Of a stretch of DNA of 64,000 bases, positions 49,901 through 61,515 are shown piece by piece (positions within the stretch are counted from its first letter, which is position 1; the number at the start of each line of letters is the position of its first letter). The stretch comes from Balanoglossus misakiensis (taxonomy: Eukaryota; Animalia; Hemichordata): contig CM082577.2 in NCBI GenBank assembly GCA_040954595.2, positions 1,426,001 to 1,490,000 of the forward strand. Direction: 5' to 3'. Under the pieces are notes generated by a model. The model was given only the letters and a program-made list of their open reading frames with translations. It was not told where the DNA came from and ran no database searches. The position numbers and the translations under genes were made by a program.

Positions 49901-52147
49901 TGTGTAACATGCCCACATGCTACATTCTCCCGTACTTACCCAGGCCTTGGTGGTCCCATAAACGGTGGCATACCTGGTAACATACCTGGTGGCATTCCAG
50001 GGGGCATTCCAGGCATTGGCATACCAGGGAGTGGAGGGGGCATGCCGGGTGCCATGAGATGTGGGGCCATGGGTGGCATCGCTTGCGCTGGTGGCATGGG
50101 TGTGGGTTGCTTAGGTGCTGCTGCTACTGGTGCCGATGATGTGCTTGGCTCGCTCGAATCATCCTCTTCATTCCTCTTTTCCCTTTCTTTTAATTTTACG
50201 CCCACAAATGAAAAACATTGGAAATTAAATCCTCTGAACTTGAATATGATTTGATTGGTCGACTACCAGGATCATTATCTGAGATCTGACATATCAAAGT
50301 ACCGTACCATACTATTGAGACCTGGCATAAACTTCCATTTTAATCGCATCTTCACGCTAAGATAATTGTTTTCATAATACTGTACAATGAATGATGAGCA
50401 CCACACGCACAAATGTAACTGAAGACTAGCTGGTTTTCTTTACACATTTGTCCACTGGTAGCTCAAATTTCATATAAAAGCAAAACTGGCATCAAAAATC
50501 ACCTCAGCAAAAACAAACCACTTCACAGCGATACTGTATCCCAATTCAAATATGCAAAGTTCAGCTTGTTTTTAGAATGTTGTTTTGACAGAAAGCAGGG
50601 GGTGTTGTTGGAGTGTATCATTTCAGTTGTTACTCACGCATTTTTTCATGTCTTTCTTTGATGTCTTTTTCCGGTATGCCCTCCATCCCATAAATTTCAA
50701 TTTCCACGTCTTGTCTTCCCGGTAATGCATTGGGCACTTTGTCAACTGCTTCTTTGTGTACCTGGAGTGGCAGTAATGAAATAACACATCAAATCGATCA
50801 GCTTTCCATGCAATGATGCACCTGTGTGTAACATTCCATTCATCCATGATCAACATTGCTTTGATTGCTGTTTTCTCTCCACCTACCTGAGCAAGAAAGT
50901 TCATGTGAATTTGGCATCATCAGTGATTGCCAGCTAGCTACGATTGATACAGATAGTCAAATTGTCGGGCTAACCTTAAAATATCACTTTAATCTACCAC
51001 AAAAGGAAAAGTTTTAAAAACACTTACTTGCATACAATGAATGGCTAAACCTGGACCCGTATAAAGTTTCTTGTGACATATATGACACTTGAAATGCTTT
51101 GCTTTTTGATGTTGTATAAGAATTTTTTCATCGTCGAACTCTCTGTTACAATACCTGAATTTAAGGTTAAGGATTAGAACTGATACAATGTTTTCCACAT
51201 TCTGTGCTCTCAGAAGAGAACAATTTCTACTGGTTCATTTCAACTGGGAAATTCTGTAGCAATGTGTGGTAATGAATGTGGAACCTTGCTAAAGTAGCTA
51301 CAGCCTACACTGCAGATACATTATCATATACATGTACTTGGCCCTTCTGCCACAGACAAACCTAACCCAGTAGTACTGTACCGCAAGCACCCAATGATCA
51401 TATACCCACAATTCAGAATTGGTTCAGCTTTATGCTACTCAGCATCACTGACAGTATTTAAATTACCTCCAGTACTGTACCTTTGGCAATTTGTCTGGTG
51501 TTGGGACTGCCAAATCCAAATACATGTACCAAGAAAACCTCGAGCTTGTAGTACTCCATCTTGTCAACAATTGACACATGTGGGATTACCAATGTCTGCG
51601 ATTTGAATAATATTTACGTGCGTTAACTAGTACTGAATATGATCACACTACATATGATATGTAACACCATGGTCAACGGACATGTCCGGCAGGCCAATGC
51701 TGCGGCCAGCTGCAGCTGCAAGTACCAAAGCTCGAGGTTTTGTCCAGGGTTATTGGGGGGGGGGGCACAGTTACGTCCATGGTCCCAGAAGTCTCTGTTA
51801 TTAAATTTCATTTCGGGAAAAATGTATCTGCCCACTTATATTCAGACACACAATACCAATGCCATGCTCTTCCACTGTAATCGTCAAGCTACAGAACCTT
51901 GCTAAAATATCGCTTAAAACGGAACAAAGGGTTACCGGTACAGCGCCGTGGGTTCCTCGACAATTTACAAAGAACAGCATGGGCAAGGTCGTAGAGCCGA
52001 CGCGACAAGCGCGTTTCATTGGAACCAATCATTCCTGGGTGATAGACGACGACACTGCGTCAAATTTTGGGAGCCAAATGTGCCCCCATATACCGCAAAA
52101 GGATACCAACACCAAGGCTTCTGAATCTTCTTCTTTTTTCTGCCCAT
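46944..52147 (-). CDS. ZNF207: BUB3-interacting and GLEBS motif-containing zinc finger protein ZNF207 (BuGZ)
   Basis: Exons (minus): 52147-52107, 51154-51028, 50761-50638, ~50186-49940, 49556-49349, 48512-48219, 47928-47766, 47402-47361, 47068-46944. N-terminus [60 protein letters not shown], then [12 protein letters not shown], a Pro/Met/Gly low-complexity region, GLEBS motif [16 protein letters not shown] and C-terminus GGVRF*. Confidence 0.97.
48806..48889. mobile_element. Small piggyBac-like MITE in a ZNF207 intron
   Basis: TTAA|ccctttcacc ... ggtgaaaggg|TTAA: perfect 10-bp TIRs, CCC..GGG ends and TTAA on both sides. Confidence 0.75.
49072..49272. mobile_element. Possible Tc1/mariner-type MITE relic
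   Basis: Ends tactgtaa ... ttacagta (TA-flanked) and an internal inverted match ttttttagcca / tggctaaaaaa. Confidence 0.35.
51155..52106 (-). other. U12-type (minor spliceosome) GT-AG intron 1 of ZNF207
   Basis: 5' splice site GTATCCTTTT; branch site TCCTTAAC (51173-51166) ~10 nt upstream of the AG; no polypyrimidine tract. Confidence 0.92.
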
Positions 52148-52842
52148 ATTATCTGTTCTGTAGAGCGGACGTTGATTCTTCTACGTTTATTGTGTGGAAA
52201 CGTTACAATGGCGTCTGCGCTTCTCGGTTGATTTCGTGGAAGTACCCGGATGATGAGCTGCGCCATTCTCCCTAAAGGGACGGACCATTTTACGAAGGGT
52301 GGTGTGCGGTAAGGACTACTAGTACTAAGGTAAGGTACTAGTACTACAGGAGGGATGAACTTACTAGTACACATATGATGTTCAATTTGTTAGAGAACTT
52401 TCATATATTAAAATGAGAGATGGCCAGGAGGAATTTGGGGTCGCACACATGAAAAATAATAAGCGCCTGTGGTCCGATTGGCCAAATACGCCGAAAATCA
52501 TTGAAAATATTACTTTTATAATAAGTGGAACTGGAAATTGACTTATGAGAAAATGAAATGCAACATTAGGCCCTACACGTTTTAACGCACTTTTGCAGAA
52601 TTTTTTAACCAAACCTATTCTAACACTTCCAAACCAAGGTCTTTTTGAGTTTGCCCGCCTCCACCCGGAATCATTATCTGGGCCCTTTGCCTTACGATCA
52701 TAGGCGGGTCCGGTCAAACATCGCATGGACTTTATAATGCAAACAGTACTTCTGCGTAAGTACATGACCTCGTTCGCATATTTCTTGATTTGCCCGTTTC
52801 AGTTCGGTGAATTTAGATATTCTAATGGTAATACGTTATTTA

Positions 52843-53149
52843 AGCAATAAAACACCCCAAGCCATGGTATACCATGAGATTTTGACCAGTTCACGACATA
52901 TACGCACGAGCGATAGCGAGTGCGTATATGGAGTTGAACTGGTCAAAATCGAGTGGTATACCATGGCTTGGGGTGTTTTATTGCTATTATATTATGCCAG
53001 TATATTGAAACTTTGCATAAAACATTTTAAAAAGGCATTTTCTTTGACTATGATATATGACCGTGGTATATGGCTAATATATCACGGTCACGTGTCGTGT
53101 CTCGACCAATCAAATGGCGTGATTTACACCATCAATATACTGGTATAAT
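52843..53149. mobile_element. Foldback non-autonomous element made of two adjacent long hairpins
   Basis: Hairpin 1 (52843-52985): agcaataaaacaccccaagccatggtatacca...tggtataccatggcttggggtgttttattgct, loop gagcgatagcga. Hairpin 2: arms attatgccagtatattga (52991-53008) / tcaatatactggtataat (53132-53149) enclosing tgaccgtggtatat...atatatcacggtca. Confidence 0.7.
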
Positions 53150-54470
53150 ATAATTACGAATACGAGTGCGGCGGAAACAGTGAAGTATACGCAAATGACC
53201 ATGAGTGGGCTTTAAACTAACATTTTTAATAAGAAAAACAACAACACTGAAATGTTTGCAAACCAGTGACCGACCGTCCCAAGCCTCGTTTTGAAGTTTC
53301 CATAAAAATCGTCGTCTTCCGGCATTATACGTATGTGCTAGTGTCACTGCACTGCGTGGAAATACCACTTTGGCGACCTTATAAGATTGGAAAGTCGACC
53401 AAGGTAAGATGTCGCGGTAGCTGTTGTGCTTGTGATAATATTTTTACAAAAATTGACGTTTCTTGTCCCGAAGTCACCTGACTTTTCCACCCGCAAAGTC
53501 CGATGAATTCGGCCACTCGACTTCTGCTGTAAACACGTTTGTGTATAGTCTCGATCCGGTCTGTTTTCCGCGTACATATCAAACTCAACGTTATCTTTGA
53601 TGGAAATCACTTGCATGGCGATGATACTTGCCGGGGTTTCGTGATTTCACAACATAGATAGCATTCGTGATTCAAAAGCGCCTATATTACTGTGAGGTTT
53701 ATCGGTACTGGTACCGCTTGTCCCGCGGGGTCCCATCACGGGACGACCCACTTCTTGTTGCTGAGTCCCACGCATACACAGACTACGGCGGTGACTCTAT
53801 GGACGTGGGTGACGTAATATAAACTGCAGACTGCTCGACTGTGTCGCCGGTGCGTGGCTTTGTCTGTGCCGCGCCCCCTTCTGCGTGGTGCGATTGCGGG
53901 AAACGTGACGGACGTTTACCCGGACCCCCGAAAACATTCGGGTCGCACAATACCATGCAACTGCCAATGATTCACACCACTTATTCACATATGTATTCAG
54001 GGCGACCGGAGTTGTATACATACAACTGCACATCCGCTGAAAACATTGTGATTGCAATCGAATAAGACCAAGTTTAGTCACCCCATACTGTTCTGTTCTG
54101 GAGGGATGCCCACACTAGTGAGAAGAGCGGCATGTACACCTGTGAACAGCCAACACAAAACAACCACCAAAGGCAAAAACAGCTCCTCTAGTCCTAACTC
54201 TTCATTTGATTTTAGTCAGATTGGGGTGATCCCTGCTGGCTGCATTGTTGATTGTCCATTTGGAAGTTGGAGGATGAGATACTTGAGTCGTGGAATTTTT
54301 CGCCTTGAAATGTTCTTCAAAACAAAAACATGGCCCACAACTACACCTGACCATGGAGGTACTAGATGACCTCACCCCTTCTAGATCTAGGTCAAGGCAA
54401 ATGCTATTGACAGTAGATACAGACACCCTCATACCTTTTCTATGGTAGACCACATATTATGAATAATGTT

Positions 54471-54495
54471 CTATAGACGTCTCGGACGTCTATAG
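54471..54495. repeat. 25-bp palindrome, possibly the end of an interspersed-repeat fragment
   Basis: ctatagacgtc-tcg-gacgtctatag. Confidence 0.6.
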
Positions 54496-55447
54496 GCCAT
54501 CAACAATTAACGTCTCTTTAAATTAACGCCTACATTATATTTGTATTTTGGGGGCAATTTTTGCTGGTTTTGGGTCAAAAATCTTTTCTCAAACCACTTG
54601 TCTGATTACTGTGAAATTTGGTATGCAAGGTTCCTGGGGATGACCTATTTAGTAAAATTTGTTAAATTGTGAAATTTGCACCAATTGCCGGTAGTAACAT
54701 CCACTTCGATTATCCAATATTCGGTATTTTACAATAACATGAACATGTATTCAAGTTTCGTACCAAAGCACAGTGGGGTTGTCTTGGCCGATATGAACCG
54801 CTCGAAATTTGGCCTGTATTTTCTTGGGCCTGCAAAAGGTCTTTCACTGCATGTTGAATTGTCGAGCTAATGACCTCACACTCCCCCAGTGATTATAAAG
54901 TGAGGGAACAGTTCCTCCTTTGAAGTGAGTCAATCAAAGAATGTGATCTTCTATTGATTGGATATGAGATTCTACTGAGGGCAAACCGGGCCTGCTGATT
55001 GTTGTATATATATATACCCATATCCTTCCTCAGATTTTTGTCCAGTCAATAGAGGAACACTATTCCAGGCCGATTTCGCCTGAAGTTATGTCATCTTCTC
55101 AGCATGGGGCAGCCTAAGGTCATTCGCCTGAAAATCTGAACACTGGTGAAGTTTAATATGTCATCTTTCTCAGCAGGAGCTAGCCTAAAGGTTATTAGCC
55201 TGAAAACACTTGCCCCAAGACTGAGCTTTTGTCTATGCAGAGCCTTGAGGTGGAAAACATCTTTATAATAGATAGACCAGATGATTTAATGATTCCTTTC
55301 AATATTTCAATTTCTTTTTCTAGGCACCTGGCAGTTAATATGGTAATACCATACAACGAACGCTGCACGTTTACAAAGATATATCAACAGAAAAGGAAGT
55401 TAGTGGAATTTCAGAGACAAGCGTAGGATAGCTGAAAAACCGTAGCC

Positions 55448-58400
55448 ATGAATGGTCCCACACAGGAAGTCAAAAGAGGAAATTTAGTGTACAAGGATGG
55501 AGGAGGAGACTTGTCCGTGAGTATACATATATGCCAGCTACGTGAACGTAAAGTGCTAGATTTGTTTGCAGTTTGTGACCTCCAAGTTCTCACACCTGTC
55601 TGTATTGACTTGTGTTAGTATAAGGAGGGGCTATCTTGGTACATTGTACATGTAGTAACAGGCAAGCTATCGATTCTACTTTGTTTGCTGAGGTTTGACA
55701 GTCCTTTTCTGTAAGGACATTTGGTGGAGACACCCGTCTCATTTGTAAGTGACACATCGGAGGAGCTGTTGAGAGTTCAGTAACGGTAGTTTTAAACTGT
55801 GGTGTTTACTTTGAATTTTGAATTCCTCACAAGAGAGTGAGAATTACTGTATCGGCTGCTGGGTGTTAGATAGCACGTTGTACACACTGGGTTAATGGGA
55901 TATTACTGTAATTCTTTTGACATCAAAAATTCACAAGATACATCGTAGTTAAACAGGTGTGACGTCCAGCCCATTTGCAAATCTGCAGATCTACACTCCA
56001 AAGTTAATTAATATAAACTTTTCAGGCACCCCCCCCCCCCACACACACACACACACTAATCTGAAATGGAAACTAGGAGTGTTTTGTTGAATGTTCCGTA
56101 AGAAAATCAATTTCAACGAATGAGTCATTCTACTCATCAGTGAGTACTTTGGCAAGAATGTAGGTCAGTATAGGTTAACCTCAGTCCTCAGGAAGACTAT
56201 ATACTGTATATGCAAAGTGACTGACCTCCATTACCTACTCAATAGAGTACCGGGGTAGTATATGTAACCCACATATAACCCACATTCAGTGAGCCTTGTT
56301 ACACATTTTCCTGGAAATGGGGTTTTAAGGACTGTTTACATTTTACACTTACATAAAAGATAGACCTCAGGGGACAGTCCCAGTATTTTATCTCAGTTCT
56401 AGTTACATGAACTCTGGCATATATTAAGATTAAGTAGTATAATAACTTAAACTCAGAACGTGAATGGAATGGTATTTCATAAACAAAACCATGAATGATT
56501 GAACATGAACAGCTGCAGTGGGCATTAATTCATCATTAGAAGTATTACTTGCCATTTATACAGTGATTATGGCTGAACAGGGTGACATTGCAGTATTCTA
56601 GGATCAAGATTACAATCTAGATAGTTGCCGTGCATGTCAATATTCACCTTAATTTGCAGAGATAAATAAAGTGTCCATGCCACACCCAAACCAAGAGCAG
56701 GTAAAATCCTACTTTGGATTGTGAAGTCGAGTTTTGATTCTATCTAGAATCTCTGTGGGTGCAGTCTGATTTCAGACCTTGTATAGGTGAAGCTTGTAAC
56801 ATGTACAACGATACCGTATGATTTATATATTTTTTTTCTGTTAATTTTCAGACATTGGTTGTTCTGCAGAAGACACAGGCATACCAACCATGTGAGTAAG
56901 AAATTTGTCTGTCCAATATGGCTACTAAAATACAATCAAGTACTGCTGACAGGTGGTTTGATATTGTTTTGTTGCGTGCTATTGGTCTGACATGCTTTGA
57001 CTGATTTCTTTCCAACATGACTTTATCCAGTGTTTTCTTCATCCATTGATCCAGTGGAACTATAATGTCATTGACAAAGACTTGTTTTGGGATATCTTGC
57101 AGCAACATATCTGTTGAATGTCTACAAAAACAATGGAAGTAGCCCCTTAGAATGTATCAGACTGAGTCAAAGTACAGTGACCGGCATCGAGATGGGGAGA
57201 CATTTCCCGAACGGCGACACCACCAAGTACCACTACCTGGCTATTATACTCGCCACCAAGATGCATCTCTTTCAAACCATAGTTCCTGCGAATTGTCAGA
57301 CTTCTGAAATCAAAGAATGGAACAAAACTCTCAGAGAATGCCTTGACATTGGTGTGTTTCTAAATATATCTCATCTGACTTTCTGTTACGAGAACTTTAG
57401 TTTCATTTTTACATTGTTTTAAGGATTTAAAAAAATTCCTATATGATCTCATTACACGTACTTAAAAATATTTTTTCACTTCATGCTGGAGGATGGGGGG
57501 GGGGGTTAAAGTTCATCAATATAGATTAGAAACATTGACAACTCACTGTTCTTAGAGTTTAGAGAAGTAAAATATAATCTTTCTTCCCTTTTCCCCCCAA
57601 AATTATATTATGTAGACAGCCATAAAGTCTACCTGAGCATTGGAAACCAAGCAAGTCCCTCCCTACCTCAGGTGGAGGTCATGGTTCATCTTTTCCCGAA
57701 CTCAATCGGCGTCACAAAAATTGAACCAACAAAGCACCATCGGAAATGGAACAAGGAAGACATACAACACTCATCATTTAGACATGATCCAGACAGATTA
57801 GTACTGGACATCAGTCGTCACAAGAAAGGCCGGGGTAATTATGTCAAAAGGGAGCTTTTTCCTCTGAAAGCAGTTGACTTAAATATACAATATATATTTA
57901 TATTACAGGGTGTGTGTGAAAAAAAAATATGGGTCAAGATGGCCATAAATAATATATTTGATACCAGGAGCAATTGATCTTCCGGGTTTTTCCTGTTGTT
58001 TATTACTCAGTGTATACCACTTATCCGGTGAAATGTGTGATTGGCAGACTAGGTTAATCAACGCCTATAAATTTCCCTCACCAGGAAAACACTTGCTGAT
58101 GTTATCTCCATTTCATCTCTTTCTTGGAAGGCCAGTTGTGTAGTTGTCTTCCTGGTAAATTCGTGAAGTTGTAAGAATTTTCTGTGGACAAGCTCTTAAT
58201 TGTATCAGTACACTTGACCACAGCGATACTATAGCTGCCTGTTTGGGTCTACATACAGTCATTTTGTCAAAAGATCCATCATCCTACGTTCGTGAAGCAT
58301 TAATTTAATCGTATTACAGCTATATAGTGTGTGCAATTTGCTAGCCGCTTGTTTGATTCTTGTTATTAATATTGGGAAAACTTCTCTCCACAGAATATTG

Positions 58401-61400
58401 CATTTTTAGACCCATTAAAGACAACCTGAAAGTGCTTAAAGTAATCAAAAACAAACTGGAAGAATTGAAGTGTAGGAATCTCGAACTGATCAACAGCCGG
58501 CCTCCCATGAGCCCACCTGGATTCAATCGTAAGTATGAAATAATGTAAGATGTATAAGATATGATGACAAAAAAAATTATTGAAATTAAAAAAAAATGTT
58601 GACAAACCTCAATTTTTCCTACTTGTGCCAGACATAAGAGAAAAATCTACTGATATAAAAATCAGCCAGGACTCTTGACAGGATATAATATACATGTAAG
58701 CTGATTGGAAAATTCAATTTAAATGTTGCAGGTACCACACAAGAGCCAATACACCACTCCATGAATGAAATACAGTGCATGAGCCAAGCCATGGCCAAAG
58801 CCCCTCCTCCCATTCCGCAAAAATCGCCACGGCCGAAGCCCAGAATACCAGTGGTGCACAAAACGGGAAAGGTGAAGGAGCAGTATGAAGACGTGGTGCT
58901 TCCAGATACACCATCCGTTGTGCACATGGAAGGAGCCAGCAACGCCAGTATGCCAACGTGTTCAAATCCAAACGCCCTCGCGGACAACATAAGCAACACT
59001 GGTGGTGCAGCAGCAGTGCGTCGCAGTCCAGTTGCAGTCAGGGATGAAGCCAAATTGACCACCCCCACGGCTCACGTCAAGAAGAAGCTACCCGAGCTGC
59101 CAAAGCTCCGTGTCGTAAAGCCCGATATTGAGCCTTGTCAGACTGATATTGCCTCTCGTCAGAACGATTCATCATGTATGACAGTTACGAAACAGGTATC
59201 CCCAAGGACCGCCGAGGTGGCCGGCCCGCATCAGCATCGCTGGTTGTCCCCCGCAAACAAAGAGGTGCCAACACCACGAAGCGCAGATGCCAGCGGGCGA
59301 CCGGTGCCCGAGCTGTTCCCCAAGCGGACACACGCAAGTGGAAGTGGTGCTCAGGACTCGACAGAGGCGGAGAAAGCCAAACTCAAACCAGCGCCGCATA
59401 AGAAGCCTCTCGGCAGAAGTGTGTCTGACAGCGCCGCTGTGAACGTCGTCATCAAGGCACCACTTCCCCAGGTGGTGACGACCAGCTACACGACTGAGTC
59501 GCTCGACGAGCCGGATGACAGCAATGAAAGTGATTATGAATGGCTACAGCCGGTCAACAACGAAGACACTGTGTTTCCCGATGCTGACAGCGGTGAAGGC
59601 TCCCAGGAGGAGGAAGAGGAGGAGAAAAACGACCTTTCTGAACCTGAGTACGCAAACGCCAACGAGGACGGTATAAGGAGAGAAATGGCGCCCACTCCTC
59701 TAAGTCTATACGTCAACACGCCTCAGAGTGAGACTCGCTATGTTAACCCCCCGTTAGTACACCCTGGTATCCCTGTCTGTACAATCCCACCTCCACCAGT
59801 GGCTCCACGTCTACCAAACAGAGACTACAAAGAGTAAGTTTAACCGTCCTAAATTTCACTCTTTACCCATTCAGTAATGTAGAAAACGGGCATATGCAGT
59901 TGGTTAAACAACCCACCTGGTTATTTTTTTCACAAGTATGTCAGCATTGATTGGGTACTTCAAATATTCTACATGTATTTCAGCCATCTTTCTGGGGGGG
60001 ATTTTGAAGTCTGGACTTATTTTGGAAAAAAACGCTATTACATGTATACTATTCTACTACAACCTTTGGCTGTGCAAGCCTGAAAAGTCATCTAACCTAT
60101 GGCATATAAATCTTTCTTCTTGCAGGAAAGTACCACCAAGGCAGTCAGACAGTGTAAGTACAAGTACAATGTGTGTGTAAACATTGATCAAAATGTAATG
60201 CTTCATTAAAATTATTATTTTAACACCCATGTGTACCATTACAATTTATGTGAGTGTTTGATAATGTATTTATGTATACATGTAGTATACATGCAGATAT
60301 GTAAAAAGAAGGGTTGTCTCAGGGGAACTTGTTAGGGAATTGACAACCTTCTTGTGCCCCACCACCACTGACAATAACGTTATGGTAAAAAAATAGCAAT
60401 ATTGAATGTGGACAATTTTGTAATTCATTGGCAAAAACTCTATTTTTAGAAACCCACTCATATGACTGTTTTGAAAGGATTTACTTCTCATAGTCATACT
60501 CAAAATAATAACCGGTTTATGAATGATTCAGTTTCTTCCCTTTCGGTTCCCCTTGGAATTCATGTTTGACACTGTTGTCAGGCTTGTGATTGTTTTTTTA
60601 AAATGTGGTATGGTTAATGTTAGACAGCGAAATCTGACTGGCTTTATCCTAGGTACTTTGTTCAGAAAGAAATATGTGTAGTTTACATTAAACGTTGATG
60701 GGTCAATCTGTATGTAAATATGCATTTTCATGACTTCTGTGACCTGAATTCACGGTGCGAACAAATTGCAGAAGTGAAGGAAGTTGTAGTGGAATATGAA
60801 AATGTTTCACTCCACAGACTGGCATGGCTTTGTTGCTTCTGTTATTTGAATTTAGTTTCACATATTCCATGGAGTGCACATGCAGTTTTCTATGGTACAG
60901 CAATATTATAGGCAACATGTATATGTATATGTGTGTGTGTATTTACAATAATTTTTCGTCACTTTTTACAGGTGGCACAGACAATTACCAGGATGTTGGA
61001 ACATAAAAAGGAGACACTACCTGAGGACAAATTGAAACTTAGCATCAATATAAGACGGGAAGTGACTGTGAGATTGGATTCTGACACAATTGATGGTCGC
61101 GATTGGCATTTTCTGGCTGATAAACTGGGTAGGTCACTTGCTTCTTTTCATTGCTGTCTTTTCCCGATTTCTGACTAGCTGAGATTTAAATGTTTGCACA
61201 TGCAAACCCTGAAGGAATGTTGCGTTGCGTGCCAGTCCGTGTTGTGAGTGTACAAAAGAGTAAATTCTTTGTTTCTTGCGTCCTGGTTCTTTTGCAGGTC
61301 TTACCTATAATGACACGGTGTTAATCGACAGCGCCACCAGGCGGTACCACCTGCAGCCAACAGAGATCATCTTTTGCCACTGGCACTTGATGAAAGGCCC

Positions 61401-61515
61401 GCCAGTCGAGTGCTCCAAACAAGCACTGAGGAACATACTGATTGAGATGGGCAGAGAGGATGTGCTGTCTGAGATGGACAAACGGGATGTGTCCAACTGC
61501 AATGGACCCCTTTAG
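55448..61515 (+). CDS. DOK/IRS-like docking protein: PH - PTB-like - Pro/Tyr-motif disordered region - C-terminal Death domain
   Basis: Exons (plus): 55448-55516 (gccATG, in-frame stop upstream; VKRGNLVYK), optional 56662-56700, 56852-56891 (LVVLQK), 57103-57351 (LNVYKN..PLECIRL..KYHYLAI..EIKEWNKTLRE, PH pattern), ~57616-57834 (V.L...IGVT....KW..EDI...F....RLVLDISR), 58394-58528 (EYCIFRP..LKVIKNKLE), 58732-59833 (Pro-rich, YEDV/YEWL/YANA/YVNT/YVNP), 60126-60153, 60972-61128 (RREVTVRLDSDTIDGRDWHFLADKLG), 61298-61515 (PTEIIFCHW...LRNILIEMGREDVL). All joins keep frame. Confidence 0.75.

Larger units (their letters stand above)
52148..55447. promoter_or_regulatory. Divergent (head-to-head) promoter/5'UTR interval between ZNF207 and the adaptor gene
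   Basis: The two genes point away from each other. CpG-richer patches lie near 51900-52310 and 53160-53950, and there is a candidate non-coding exon donor gtgggt at ~53805. Confidence 0.45.

Noticed and set aside
41802-52147. Functional link between the kinetochore gene BuGZ and the neighbouring satellite
   Set aside because: Only adjacency supports it, and the adjacency could be coincidental or an assembly join.
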